A stretch of 63,900 nt of DNA, counting the filler, from Craspedostauros australis (Eukaryota): assembly GCA_030167865.1 (NCBI GenBank). It is 19 parts of 19 records of this genome, joined end to end, with 100 filler letters (N's around TTAATTAATTAA, not from the genome) between each part and the next. Parts side by side here need not be neighbours in the genome. Positions count along the whole stretch, not along the records: positions 1 to 20,111 come from JALAGF010001483.1; 18 more parts are not named here. One strand, 5' to 3'. The notes under the pieces are model-generated. The model was not told the DNA's origin. It searched no databases and saw only the letters and a list, made by a program, of their open reading frames with translations. Both the position numbers and the translations under genes were made by a program. Shown one piece after another: positions 1-12,109 of the stretch. Positions within the stretch are counted from its first letter, which is position 1; every line of letters starts with the position of its first letter.

Positions 1-1109
1 TCTGTTTGATCACATATGGATTGATCCGTCTACGTCGGTGGGGTGCATGCATCACCCCTGACGATGTTGTTCTGGATCCTAAGTGTTGCTGCCACGTGCT
101 CGATGATGCATTCGGCTAGGCTAGACAGGTCAGCATACCATGACTAAAATATAATCTCGATTCCGAGGATCACAATGACCGATCCTCTGACGTCATACGA
201 TGATGTCAGTGCCTACGTCAGATTCGATGACAGTAGTGACTGAATCTCAATCGTGTATCAAGACTCACTCGACTATACTCTCAAAATCGAGTCGAATCAA
301 AAATAATGAATCACGTTTCAGTCATGAGAGATGAGTACCTAATTTCGCTCTAGATGTTGATAAGTCTTGAAAGATCCACCCCATCTCTCGATGTTCCAAC
401 GACGCAAGATCGATGGATGGTAAAGCGCAAACTCATTTGTCACAACATCCTACCTAACCTGCTCGAGCGAAATCAATTCCATCCAGAGCACTCCACTCTA
501 CTCTACTTGAAGCAGTGCTTGTTCAGCGTGATCAATTTGTCAATGTACCCGTATGCCAATGCTGGGGGCTGATAGCGCCAAGAGACCAACTGGGACATTC
601 AATATTTGATTGGATTATATTAGATTCTAGGAGAGTAGTACTTGAACCAACCAGGATATGATACCCTCAGCAGAACATAGGGGTAGCATCTAGTGTCGTA
701 GACTGACGACAGTGTTAGTTCGATGGCTCGTTTGCGACGAAATGTCGTTTGCGACGTCGTTGAGCTGTCTTGCACATGAACTATTCGAGATCGTGATATG
801 CGACCAAGCAGTCTTGGCTCAAACAGGTGGCCAAACTACGACCTCGCGCGAGCTGGCACACAATGCAAACACGCCAAACGGAACACTGTGTTTGGATGTC
901 AAGCCGCAGTTGGTGGCGACAGTGGCCGTACCAACCAAGGCAACGATGATGGCCACGATCGCCGCAAAACTGCCGTGGGATCATGTTTGATCGCGCTGCT
1001 CCTTTGCGTCATGTGGTTGTCTGGCTCACAATTTGATCTCTCGACACAACAAAAGCCTCACCAACACACCGACATCACCAAAATCATCGATAACCAGAAA
1101 CCCACCACC

Positions 1110-2273
1110 ATGAGTTCCGCCACATCACCCACGCCGGAACAACGAGCAAGGCTCTGCCAGCGCCGTCAACACAACGACCCAACCACCATCCATCCCATGC
1201 GCGTGATGATTGGCCGTACAACCCTCCAGCTAGAGGGAGAGGTGAGATTGCGTTGTGCTCTCCAACAACCGGCTCTGCGCAACGGGGCATTCTTCTTCCA
1301 CACCAGTCGCAAGCAGGTGGCAGCGACACATCGCCATCTCATCACCATGCACAATGTCAAGGTGACGGTGATCGAAGCTGACTTGCATGACAGCCATCGT
1401 CTACTGGAGATCCAGGATGGGATGCAGGTGCTGATCAAAGCCTTCGAAAATGACCCGCGCCCCAAGGTCATCAACGACGTCTACCAGCCTTGGCTGCTGG
1501 ACATGTTGGTGAGCAGCAGCATCGATGTCATGGACTACATCAACATCGAGAGGATGGACACCATCAGTAGCGAAGCATCTCGCTGGTTGGTGGACCACGC
1601 GAAGACTGTGCAGCTGATGCGCTGTACTTTCGAAGACTCGGGGCTTGCGTTCTGCCGTCGCTTGAATGAGCCATCGTGCGTCGTCGACACAATCAAGTTC
1701 CTCGAGACATCCGTGGTTGGCTCAGCTCTCAGCATCGCGGTGGCAAGTTCCACCACATTGGTGAGCCTGAACATCAAGGACAGGAGACACTTCATCGGAG
1801 ATGGATTCTGGACGAGCACCGTCAATGGGATCGTGGAGAGTCCAACCATCAAGTCCGTGTTCCTCTGTGGAAGTTATCGCGACAGCTCCACACTGAAGAA
1901 TGATATCTGCAGATTGCTGCAGAGTCCACAAGACAGAAAGTTCTCGCTGTTCCTCAGCCCATATGCCGCTCCGTCCAATGAGAGCCAATCTGAGCTGTGC
2001 CAAGCCATCCTGGATGCGCTGCGCGAGAGTCGCCACCTCGTCGACCTGAACCATCTGTTCCCCGTGATCAACGTCAACGATTGGAACAACAAGATCAAGC
2101 CGCTGATTGAACGCAACAAGGTGATCAGAAGCCTCCGGAATGCAATGGAGTCGGTCCATCACGGCGCGCCCCCAGATGTGACGATGATCAGCACGCTGCT
2201 GGATCACTCGGAGTCCCCCTCACCAGACGACGTGTTTAGGTTCCTCCGCACCACGTTCGCACCATATGAGTAG
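1110..2273 (+). CDS. Uncharacterised protein, degenerate RNI-like/LRR type typical of expanded diatom families
   Basis: Single long ORF (798-2273). ATG at 1110 (MSSATSP) follows a CA-rich leader. Leu-rich periodic segments (TLVSLNI, TIKSVFL, HLVDLNH) and C-terminal 'PDDVFRFLR'. Family assignment is from pattern recall, not a search. Confidence 0.55.
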   Translation: MSSATSPTPEQRARLCQRRQHNDPTTIHPMRVMIGRTTLQLEGEVRLRCALQQPALRNGAFFFHTSRKQVAATHRHLITMHNVKVTVIEADLHDSHRLLEIQDGMQVLIKAFENDPRPKVINDVYQPWLLDMLVSSSIDVMDYINIERMDTISSEASRWLVDHAKTVQLMRCTFEDSGLAFCRRLNEPSCVVDTIKFLETSVVGSALSIAVASSTTLVSLNIKDRRHFIGDGFWTSTVNGIVESPTIKSVFLCGSYRDSSTLKNDICRLLQSPQDRKFSLFLSPYAAPSNESQSELCQAILDALRESRHLVDLNHLFPVINVNDWNNKIKPLIERNKVIRSLRNAMESVHHGAPPDVTMISTLLDHSESPSPDDVFRFLRTTFAPYE

Positions 2274-3153
2274 CAACGCCCCTCCCAGTTCGTTTGGGTG
2301 GAAACACGATCGCTCCCTCCTGGATGGACATTCCAAGGTGGATTTTCATAGCTTCGCCATTGGAAACAAGCACGAAATATTAGTGTTCGAAGCGAGTACC
2401 AGTAAAGTACAATAGGTTGAGCACATGCACGCAAGTTTTACCACACTCCGCCTCGCATTCGCGTCTCTGTGGTGCCGGAGTCGTTGATCGCATACAGCAA
2501 GCAGCTCAACACTGGCGGTCTTGGTCCGATCAGCCTGGAAGCCTTTCATCTGTTCTGCTGGAGGCCGTCACGCTACTCTCCGGTTTGGCGCATCTGTGGC
2601 GCTGCCCGAGGAGATGCGATCATCGAATTGCCCTTTGTGTTGACAGGACGCAGAATAGTCGCCTGCTCATCAATGTCAGAGGTGACCCGCACGTGAGACG
2701 TGCGTCAATCTCAGTGACAGAATCGAAATGACGAACTTGAAGTAACTCTTCTCATTCTCTTGCTCCCATCGCCATATCCGGAAGGAAAGTTTCGGTCCTG
2801 TAGCATGTAATGATAGTGGAGTGTAGTATTATATAATAGAATGGATCACAGCGGGCAACATACCGGTCGTACTGACGGCAAAGCATCACCTGCACCGATT
2901 GTGTTTTCTTTCACATTGAACGGAATGCGACAAAATATGTTTCGCTCACAGTCGGCCGGCGCGCGCGTGTCGTTCCAATCGTTAGGAATTCAAGTCTAGA
3001 CCACTCCGAATATAGAGAATGTGATAGCAGACAAGACGAAAAGAGAGTAGAGTAGTATTATATCCTGTTACAATCATTCTGAATTCGCCGACTCTGAAAT
3101 CTTGGAATTGTGCCATACGTGTACCCCTTTTTGCGCCCAACTTCCACGATGCT

Positions 3154-4014
3154 TCATCGCCAAGCCGCTTTGGCGTCCATCACTCCACGTCGGTATGCGA
3201 GGCGAGCACTGGATTTGATTGTTTGGTGATACGCAGATGCAATGTCTGCTTCCATGGAAGGGAACTGGATGTAGTGGCCGCGGACACCATAGAATCGATG
3301 CTTGGACTGCAAGTGCAGCACAGTGGTGATGGATTGCGTGATGCTGTGCTCTATGCGTCGCGCGTTGTTCGGGACGAAGCGCTCCAGGCCTCGGATGGAC
3401 GCCTTGCCTTCGATTTCCTTGCATTTCGCAGCGCTCAAGAGCTTCAGCGTCTGCATGATGCGTCGCTTCGTTTGCTCGTTGTCGTGTTGGCTCCTGTATA
3501 TATCGGCGAGGATGGCGGGATGGTAGTGATGTCTGGAGGGAATGAGATGGCACGTGACGAGAGGAGCGAATCGAACGGACTTCTTTGTGCGTCGCGGAGT
3601 GCTGCAGAGATGCGGGTGTGGAATGGCATTCGCAGGCGTGACGAAACCTGAAGGAATCTGCCTCAGCTGCTCGGCTTCAGCGGAGATATGTCGGTGTGTG
3701 CGTGGACGCTTCAATGGTGGGCAGAACATGCCACACCTTGGCTCCACGCATTGCTGCTGCTGCTGCTGCTGCTGTGCACCTTGGCTATCATCGTCATTCT
3801 CGCTGCTTTCATCATCAGTGATGGCGATGCTCGCATAGCTGGCCGATGTTGCCATGGCGTTGCTCAATCTCGCATTCCGTCTCTTGCGTGAGCGGGTTGG
3901 TGTGGGTGGAGATGCGCTTTCATCGACACTTGAGCTTGTGGAATGCTCGTCGTTTGCCTGCGCCGTTGACAACTGCATACTGGCAATGGCTTGACTAAGT
4001 GAGTGCGCCGTCAT
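3154..4014 (-). CDS. Diatom-type uncharacterised protein with RVxF-like motif (KKSVRF ... IRGLE ... RRGVMDA)
   Basis: ORF 3154-4239, likely start MTAHSLSQ at 4014. Ser/Gln-rich disordered N-half, then SVRF and RGLE motifs and a helical C-terminus. Confidence 0.6.
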   Translation of the reverse strand: MTAHSLSQAIASMQLSTAQANDEHSTSSSVDESASPPTPTRSRKRRNARLSNAMATSASYASIAITDDESSENDDDSQGAQQQQQQQQCVEPRCGMFCPPLKRPRTHRHISAEAEQLRQIPSGFVTPANAIPHPHLCSTPRRTKKSVRFAPLVTCHLIPSRHHYHPAILADIYRSQHDNEQTKRRIMQTLKLLSAAKCKEIEGKASIRGLERFVPNNARRIEHSITQSITTVLHLQSKHRFYGVRGHYIQFPSMEADIASAYHQTIKSSARLAYRRGVMDAKAAWR

Positions 4015-5243
4015 GATGCTCGTAGTTCTCGTGATGTTGCTGTTACTGATGTTGCTGATGTTACTGATGTTATTGATGTTGGTGGTGGAGATGATGTGTT
4101 TCTGTGTTTTGTGATCACGCTGTTCACGGAGCTGCCAAAGCAGGGTGTTGCTCCAGACCAACCAGTCTCCCTCTTTCATCCACAAGGCGGTCTGGCGACC
4201 ATTACCAAAGCGCACCAAACAGAAGCTGCAATCGTGCACGACCTATGAAGGATTCTCCTCTTCGCTTCCATTTGTGTGTCAATCGGGCCTCTTGTCTCAT
4301 CGCGCACAAAACACAACATCAACATGCCGTTCTTCCAACTTTCAGGCCACTCACACTTCAACCTTGACGCCGGTTTTCCTTCTTCCACAAACCAGTCGTT
4401 GGAGTCAAAGTATCATTTCCGCGTTCTCAAATCACGTCACCTCGCGGAGCAACAACAACGACTTCATGCCCAACGTGCGCAACATGTGCAACGTGCACAG
4501 AGCGCATTCCAACACTCCAGTCGGACACATTGCTCTTGCGAGATCCAGGAAATGAGCCCGTCCCGAACGCCGATGATTGTCTCAAATGGATGGATCGTAC
4601 CAAACGACACCCACAAAAGCGGACTTTGGTGCTTCTGTTTGTTCTCCAACCATCACGAGCGTCGTTCTGAAAGTGCACAGAGTACGCATGAATTGGTGAA
4701 TAGACCAGACCAAAAGACAAAAGTAATTGCATGCAGCCACATACTCGTACGACAAGCGAGATCGACGCCATGTTTGCGGTGCGCATATCGAAAGCAAGAT
4801 CTGCACACTGCTGCGCATTGCTCCATTCACAGACACAGTTCACCAACTCCCAAAGGTTGGGTTGCTGCGGCGAGATTTCGGTTTTTCTGCTCACAGCGCG
4901 ACGTTGCGACATCTGCACAGCTTCATACCCACTCTGGAGAGAGAGGACGAGCACATCCGAAATGGGAAGAGAAATCTGCGTGAAGTGCATGTACGTTGCT
5001 TCGTTTATTTCATGGCAATGCATACCCGAATATCTAGTCTTTGAGGACTGTACGAGTACGAGTGAGTAATGTATGGACAGGCTTAGTTTCGGTTCGGGCT
5101 ATGGCGACGTTTGCACAATGCCAACAAGACCCGACTGCCGTGCGAGAAAGCCTCAGAAAGTGCAAGTGCGCACAGAAATGGACAAGATCTTGCCCCGGCT
5201 ATCGCACTGCACTACGACACCGCTGCATTCACGTTGCAACTCT

Positions 5244-6248
5244 TCATCGGCACACGCGCTGAGCGCAGAATCGGCAGCGTCGGCGACAGCGGTTGCTCTG
5301 GCAGTCAGAGTTGCGCTTGCACTTATCACCTCGGCTGCCATCCCAGCAGCGCAGGAACTGGCAGTATCCCAAGCAATCAGCGTCGCTGCCGCAGCGGGCA
5401 CCCTCGCGCTTCTTCGAGGTGCAGCGCTTGCCTGTAGCGAATCCATAGCAGGTGAGATCGCCGTTGCAGTCGGAGTCCTTGCCGCAGCGATCGCCTTCGT
5501 CACCTTTGCGGCAGCGCAGGAGATGGCAGTAGCCCTCGCAGTCCTCGTCCTGATCGCAGTAGTCGCCTTCTTGCCCGAGCACCTTGCAACGCAATAGGCT
5601 GCAAGTCAACGGGTCGGGACAGTTGCCGTTGGCGCCGCAGTTGAACGTGTTGGCGGCGAAGAAGTCCTTGCGTCCCTCGCGGTAGGCCTCGCCGCAGAAC
5701 TCATCGTTGGTCTTGGGCCTGAGGTCTCCGAATCCTGTGTCCAGATCATCGTCGGTGCATCGTGCCCACACGCAGACGTCGTGGACGAGGCAATTCTTCC
5801 AGTACCCGTTGCCACTGTCGCCCTGCCCGCACTTGCCGGCGTAGGAGAAGTCCCACTCGTCCTTTGGGAAGTTGGTCTTCACCGCCACGTCGCTGCAGTT
5901 GTCGGGATCGGGTAAGTTGCCACCCACGATGACGTTGATGGGGAACGACGCCTCCCCATCACCCTTACGGATGGAGATCGCGACGCAATCCCCAAGGCAG
6001 AACCGCTGCGAACATCCGCCATCGGCGCTGCGTGGTGGGATGCGGACGAGCTTATTGCTGTTCGACACCATGGCAATGGGATCATCGCACTGATCCACGC
6101 CGTGCGGTCCGAAGTTGAAGTCGACGTAGTCATCTGCCTGCACCATTATGTGGTTGGTGGGAGCCATCACCATGGCCAGGAAGGCAAGAGCAAGCATCGC
6201 CTTTGCGGCCGCGGCGATGTTGCACGAAGGGGTTGCTTTGCTCTTCAT
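5244..6248 (-). CDS. Secreted cysteine-rich protein: CLxHDxC domain plus four Dickkopf/colipase-like Cys repeats
   Basis: Hydrophobic N-terminal segment (MLALAFLAMVMAP..VQA), GC3-rich codons, motif GKCGQG..WKNCLVHDVC..CGEAY, and C-terminal repeats GxxCxxDxDCxxxC. Confidence 0.75.
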   Translation of the reverse strand: MKSKATPSCNIAAAAKAMLALAFLAMVMAPTNHIMVQADDYVDFNFGPHGVDQCDDPIAMVSNSNKLVRIPPRSADGGCSQRFCLGDCVAISIRKGDGEASFPINVIVGGNLPDPDNCSDVAVKTNFPKDEWDFSYAGKCGQGDSGNGYWKNCLVHDVCVWARCTDDDLDTGFGDLRPKTNDEFCGEAYREGRKDFFAANTFNCGANGNCPDPLTCSLLRCKVLGQEGDYCDQDEDCEGYCHLLRCRKGDEGDRCGKDSDCNGDLTCYGFATGKRCTSKKREGARCGSDADCLGYCQFLRCWDGSRGDKCKRNSDCQSNRCRRRCRFCAQRVCR

Positions 6249-7028
6249 CGTTGGTGTCGTATTTGGTTGAGTCAGAAGCGCGAGTGTACGAGTCGCTCGC
6301 AAATGTGCTTGTGTCCGTATCCGTGGTTGAGCTTGTCTCTTTGGTTTGGGGTTGTTGGTTGTTGTGAATTGATTTGGTTGCTCTCAGGTTTGTGATGTGT
6401 TGTGAGCGTTGCGACCCATTGTTGTCGCGGATTTTGTGAGAACAACCAACGGGCGTTTGTGCGGCAAAGTAAATAACCTCCCCGCCATCATCGGCACTTG
6501 CGTAGAACGCGGAGTGTCGCTTGTGATTCAGCACGACCAAGAAGCACATGCGCCAGCCATGCCTTGCGGGACCAATTTTGTCCCACCGTTAAATTATTTA
6601 TCGTCATCCCGTCCTTCCGGGATGTCAAGAACCGAAAACAGCTCCATGTCGGACTAATCTGGATGTCACATCATGCAAAACAAGGTACGACAAAAACTAC
6701 GACAAAACACAAGACCTTCACCGCCACGACAATCCACCCCCGCAACGAGAGAAAAGGCAGTATGAAAATTAGGTGCATACTATGTGGAGTGTACAAAGTG
6801 TTATTATTATGCATACAAACAATTGGTATAGCTCGTAGGAATCTGCTGGCCACTCGTCTCGGAACTCACGCATATCGATTCGAAAGTAAATCCATTCTTC
6901 ACCTTCCCGCTGTGGTCTTGTTGCGCCCTCGCTCCTGCGACGGACGATTGATTTCGCTGAAGGTACAAACTGCGATTCATGTCTTCAATCTGGTCTTGGT
7001 CGTGCGGACTTCGAACGATCGGCGCTGG

Positions 7029-7030
<2 letters not shown>

Positions 7031-7067
<37 letters not shown>
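7031..7067. repeat. (CT)n microsatellite
   Basis: Direct reading. Confidence 0.95.
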
Positions 7068-7069
<2 letters not shown>

Positions 7070-7152
7070 CTGTATTGCCGTATCCCTGAGGTTTTGTGAA
7101 GGAACAATCCAGGCTCCAAGATTGGCAGGAGCATGCGGTACGAGTCAATCCT

Positions 7153-9868
7153 TTAGTTGCAGTCGGTGCAGCAGGTGCACTCCGCTCCGCAAACATACTC
7201 AAGTTCCGACGCTGGGTTCCGGATTGTGCAGAATGTATCTTCGACCGCACCTGATTGAAGGGGATTCCCATCCAATTTGATCCACGACATCGAGGATGGC
7301 CAAGTTGTGTATGTTTCCGGGATGGTTCCGATGAATCCATTATCCGACAAGTCAACTTTGCCTGCAGAGGTGGATGTCGAGGTGACATGGCGTACATAGC
7401 ATTGGGGCAACGAGGAAAGAACGACAGCAATGAGGAGGCGTGGCGTGCAAGCGCAGATAGTGAAAACATGATCGCAACATCAAATCAAATCGGTAGAGTG
7501 TCGAGACGCGTGAGAGATGATCCGGTTCATGTCTACAGTGCTCCACGAAACACCAGTCATGCAAGCAACACAGCAGCAACAACGTCCATCCACCCCTCGA
7601 CGCACCCGCCGACATGAGTAATCCAGCCACCACCGCCACCACCGCCACCATACCAACAATGCACTTACGAATTTCTTGCAGACCTCCCAATTCGTCTGGA
7701 AGCTGACCAACCAACGAATTCTTCGGGACGTCAAGCTCGTCCAGCTCCACGAGCCTCCCCAACTCCGATGGCAGGGTCCCAACGAGGTAGGAGTCCTTGA
7801 AGTAGATCTTGGAAAGTCGCGTGCAGTTCCCGATTTCCGTCGGAATCGTTCCAGCAATCCCAGAGAAAGAGGTTCGGAGCTCCTGCATGTTGGTCAGCAG
7901 ACCGATGGTCGTCGGCAGGCCGACCTCGGCGGAGGAATCTCCGACCTGCAAATCTCGCTGTCGCAATCGAACCCTCTTGTTGCCACCGCCGAAGCTGGTG
8001 CGACCGGATTCGAATGGATTTTTGGAAACCTTGAGAGAGGCAATTCTAGTGAGCACACCGATCTCGGGTGGGATAGTACCTTTCAAGTTGTTGTCTGAAA
8101 TATCGAAATTGTTGACCAAGCCGTCTCCGTCACACGTGATTCCATGCCAAGTGCAAAAGCCTGCGCTCGTCAACCAGCCGGTGCTGGTAGTCCAGCTGGT
8201 ATCCCCTTCGGTGCTGTAGTAGATGCATGCTAACGCGTAACGTTCACGCGCCTTGGCCTTTGCAGGCCCAGCGTTGACAGGAATGTCATCCTCGGACGAA
8301 ATCCTGGTCAATGCCAGCCACTCGAATGCTTGGTATTGTGGCGATGATGTATCGTCGAGCGCTCCTGGGTTGACGGTAGCCATCTCCAATTTGAGCCAAT
8401 CCAGAAACTTGAAATGATGTGATTCAAGCTCTTGAGGTGCTTCCGTTGGGCCTGCAACTCCGTCGCTGTCGGTGGGCGGTGACGTCCTCTCACCACCAGC
8501 GTTGTCTCCGTTTCCAGTATCGCCGTTGCTGCTGCTGCTGCTCCCACTGTCGGCAGATCCCGTCAAAACAAACACGGCAGCGACGATGATGGCGATGACG
8601 AGACAAACGCAACAGATCAACAAGTAGAGGAGCGTCGTTCTCGATAGAAGCCCGTCGCCACCACTGCTGGTGTCGTCGTCCTCTTCCTCTTTCTTCTTTT
8701 TCTTTCTGTTGCTGTTGTTGTCGTTGCTATCGCCGTCTGCGTCTGCTTCGTTCACAACCGCCACGTCGGCATTGAGAGGTTCATCTTCCCGAATGGTCAT
8801 GACTTGGGTGGCCTGCACAGCATCGCCAATAATGTCCCTTCGGATCTGGTCCTCCAGATCGTCCGTTGCGACCGCGTTCGCAATCGAGAGCTGGGGCTGA
8901 TTGGGATTGGCATTTGATGCCTGAGACGTTCTGCTCTCCATGCCTTCGGATGCAACGGACGCAGGTCCAATTCTTTCCACGCGCGCAGATCGGGCGAGTG
9001 GCTGCACGGACGATGCGTCGCTGTCACGATGCGATTCCTTTGAGCTCATCGTGCGCACCGATGGATTCGTCGTGAACAAATTCTCTTCGTCGCTGTCGCT
9101 GCCTGCTGCTTTGAGATCTTCCTTCTCCTTCCTCTGCTTGCTTTCCGTCGGCGCAGGGTTGTTGGAATACATCGCGATCTTGGCATTGACGCCATCCGCA
9201 TAGTCTTCGCTCATCGGCGGAACGCCCGGTGCTGCCGCGTTCGTTGCGTTGGACGCCACCGTCGCACCATCGTCGTGTTGATTCGACAGCACCTGCGGTG
9301 ACCGAAGCGGCGAATGGGCGGTTGGTCTCGGCGAGACAATTGCGGCAGCCGCCCTGCGCTTCACATCGGCGTCGGTAAGTTTCCTGCCTCCCGAGGCGCT
9401 GTGGCCTCCTGCATTATTCGCACCAGTCTGCTGCATCTTGGCTCGGTGCCGTCGATCGTACGATCGAACCTCGCGAGCGCCCACTGTCACGTCGGATGCG
9501 CGTCGCGGAGAAACGGGGTCGCTGGCATTTGTTGTGACACTGGCAGTTGTTGTGACACTTGTTGCGATGCTCGCAGCAGCGCTCGAGCGATGTCCGGCCG
9601 TGAGGTCCAGGATCTGCTGGGATTGTTGGTACACCAGCGAATCCGTCTGCTGTCGCTGCAACTCCGACATCGCTTGCACATCGTCGGCGTGGTCATCCTG
9701 TGCAGCAGTGGCGGCCACAGACGGTACTCGTCGCGCTGCTGCTGTTGCCAGTACGCTCGGTGAAGACTGAAAGGCATTGTCGCTGTCATCCACGACGATC
9801 AAGGAGTCGCTGTTCAAGCGGACTCCGGCGCCAAATCCGTCGGTCGGTCTTCGTTGGTTGGATGGCAT
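7153..9868 (-). CDS. LRR type-II membrane protein, paralog 1 (exon 1 9868-7669, intron 7668-7362, exon 2 7361-7153)
   Basis: Disordered N-terminus, TM helix (LLYLLICCVCLVIAIIVAAVFVL), SPQYQAFEWL/ERYALACIYYST block, LRRNT (FCTWHGITCD), plant-type LRRs (GTIPTEIG). GTAAGT donor at 7668 and CTGCAG acceptor at 7362 join in phase 1 to a 209-bp exon ending CTCCTDCN*. Confidence 0.9.
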
Positions 9869-11046
9869 GCTGTTCTCGAGAGGGTTGATGGGATTGTGGT
9901 TGTTGGTCAACCAGCAACGTCTTCGCCAATCAGTTGCCTTCGCGATGACCTTCCCTTCTTCACTCTCTGCGGACGAGGAGCCCGTATCTTGGTTTTGTGT
10001 TCGTTGTGGCACTTTGTACAAGGATGCAAATTCGCTCCTGTGTGGCAGTTCGGGTGAACGGTGTCTTGTGTGGTTCTGTTGTCCAACAACAACGAACACA
10101 GCGGCAACCACACGCCACGCAGTTATTGTGTTGCGCCGACGTACCTGGGTATGCAGTTTTCCCCGTTCCGATTCCCACAAAAATACCTTGCGTAATCACG
10201 ATCAAGTTCCCCTTGAAGTAGATGCGACCAAGCTAGATGTAATGCAGATGCCTCCAATAGAATGTGTCTCCCAGCATCTATCTCATTCGCAACGTGCCAT
10301 GAACACCTCGCTATTCACTCCATTCCCAATGTCCCTCCTCGGTAATTCTGCTGCTGCTCCAGAGAGAGAGAGATATGTCGACCAACGGTCGGATACGAAT
10401 CCATAGAGCAACCTTCGTTCGCACATACTCGTACACCAATAAGTGCTGGGAGATCAGAACAGGGATCATCTGCAGTCTCTCCAAGCAAGCTCATCCCCTT
10501 GGTGGTCCTCTATCTATCTCTCCCTCCTTCGACCCTGGTCGTTTGAATGGGTGAGGTTGTCGGCGTGGTCAGCCTGTTGTTTGTGTTGTGCTCGTTCATG
10601 TCTGTCTGTTTGACATGTCGGCTGTCATTTCTGAATTGAGAATCCTCAAAACTGACGCGTCTTGTCTAAGCACGTTTGAAAATACACTGAAATCGAATAT
10701 AGACCAAGTAACAAGACAGGAATGGCTTGGATCGCTTCGGAACACGCCAATGACAAATCCAATTTCGTAGTCGCCACCAGCCTGACTATGACATCCATGG
10801 TACTACCTACATACCGCAAAAATGCAGTCACGATAGCACTAGTTGCAGAGTTTTGGCCCGTTTTGCACGCTGGTTTGCTCCGAATTGGTTGCTGTTGGGA
10901 GAAACAACGCTTATGCACGAAGAGCTATTTCATGACGTCTTCTGATCTGTCTTCTTCATCATGGGGAACGGATCCTATGTTGTAAAACACCAATCACAAC
11001 ACATTGTGGAACATCATCAGCTGCGTTGGCAAGTTCCATGATTGGA

Positions 11047-11400
11047 AACCTACGATCGTGGAAGACGGTGTTGGTTGATAGTCATTCTGTTTGCTACTTC
11101 ATTACGTTGGCACTCCAATCCTCTTGGTGTCCGTTCTCTTGCCCAATGCTCTTGGCGCGTCTGTCTGTTTTGTAGATTGGGTCTCCGACTATGAGTTGGT
11201 ACACAAGATGCTCTCTCGCTGCTATCGTATTCTCTCTCTCTCTCTCTCAATATCGCGTATTTGCACTACACAATACTCCATGTTCGATGCGTGCTCCGCA
11301 TTCGACACTCCGTTTGTTCACTACTGACTTCTACTCCATGAGTGCTTGCCACTTGAATTCCTCTTTGTGTATCCATGATCTTGATGCCCTTCAGTCATCG
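11047..11400. repeat. Interspersed non-coding repeat, copy 1 (homologous to 43063-43423)
   Basis: Colinear similarity starting AACCTACGATCGTGGAAG, with shared blocks such as TACTCCATGTTCGATGCGTGCTCCGCATTCGACACTC. Confidence 0.9.
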
Positions 11401-11839
11401 AATCTTTACATTCTGCTCCTGATATGGAGACAGATGTCAACGTGGTGACATGATAACATTCTGTCAACATCAGCTGTCATCCTTCTGCTCTCCAGATGTC
11501 ATGTTCCATTGGTGATGCAGTGGTCTGTCAGATGATATTGTCATCTGAGGCTTAGTTGGGAGGTGCATCGAGCTTTGCTCGATACCATACGTTTCCATTG
11601 ATGGATGGACAGACGATGTTCCTGATCCTCTCAGAAATCGTTGATTGCAAATTTCCTCCAGAAATTCTGCTCATTTTCGTGTGTTCCATTTCCACTGTGA
11701 TTTTGACAAATCACATCATACTATTTACACGAGTGTAGTTTTACCGTCCAAGTACGTATGAGAGAATAACGGGTGAACGATGCACATATACACGTACATC
11801 CTGACATATACACGCATGTTCATCTCGACAACCAAGGTG

Positions 11840-12109
11840 GTGTTGATTGTGGCCGATGCTGTGGCTGGAGTCCAAGTTGTTGGTTGTAGTTGATGTTGCC
11901 AATAGCCACAAGTTATTGATCTTCCTGAATGGTCCTACTAGTTGAAGATGCTTGTCTTCGACGATGTCACAGAAGAGAACTCTGTTGTTCTCGGAACATG
12001 TTTCCTTCTTGCTTCTTGTTGTGCGTGTGCAATTTCGTGATGGATGGGAACAGAAGGATCCAAATCACAAAAACCAGAGAGGGATGCGAGCAAGAGGAGA
12101 CAAACACAG
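11840..12109 (+). repeat. Conserved upstream module of the ankyrin-BTB family (copy A)
   Basis: Reverse-complement similarity to 40640-40950 and 37000-37270 (GAGAACTCTGTTGT, CAGAAGGATCCAAA, GTGGCTGGAGTC). Confidence 0.8.

Noticed and set aside
658..694. Imperfect hairpin plus CTAG-T resembling a Helitron 3' end
   Set aside because: The stem is mismatched, directly abuts CTAG, and has no second copy in the window.
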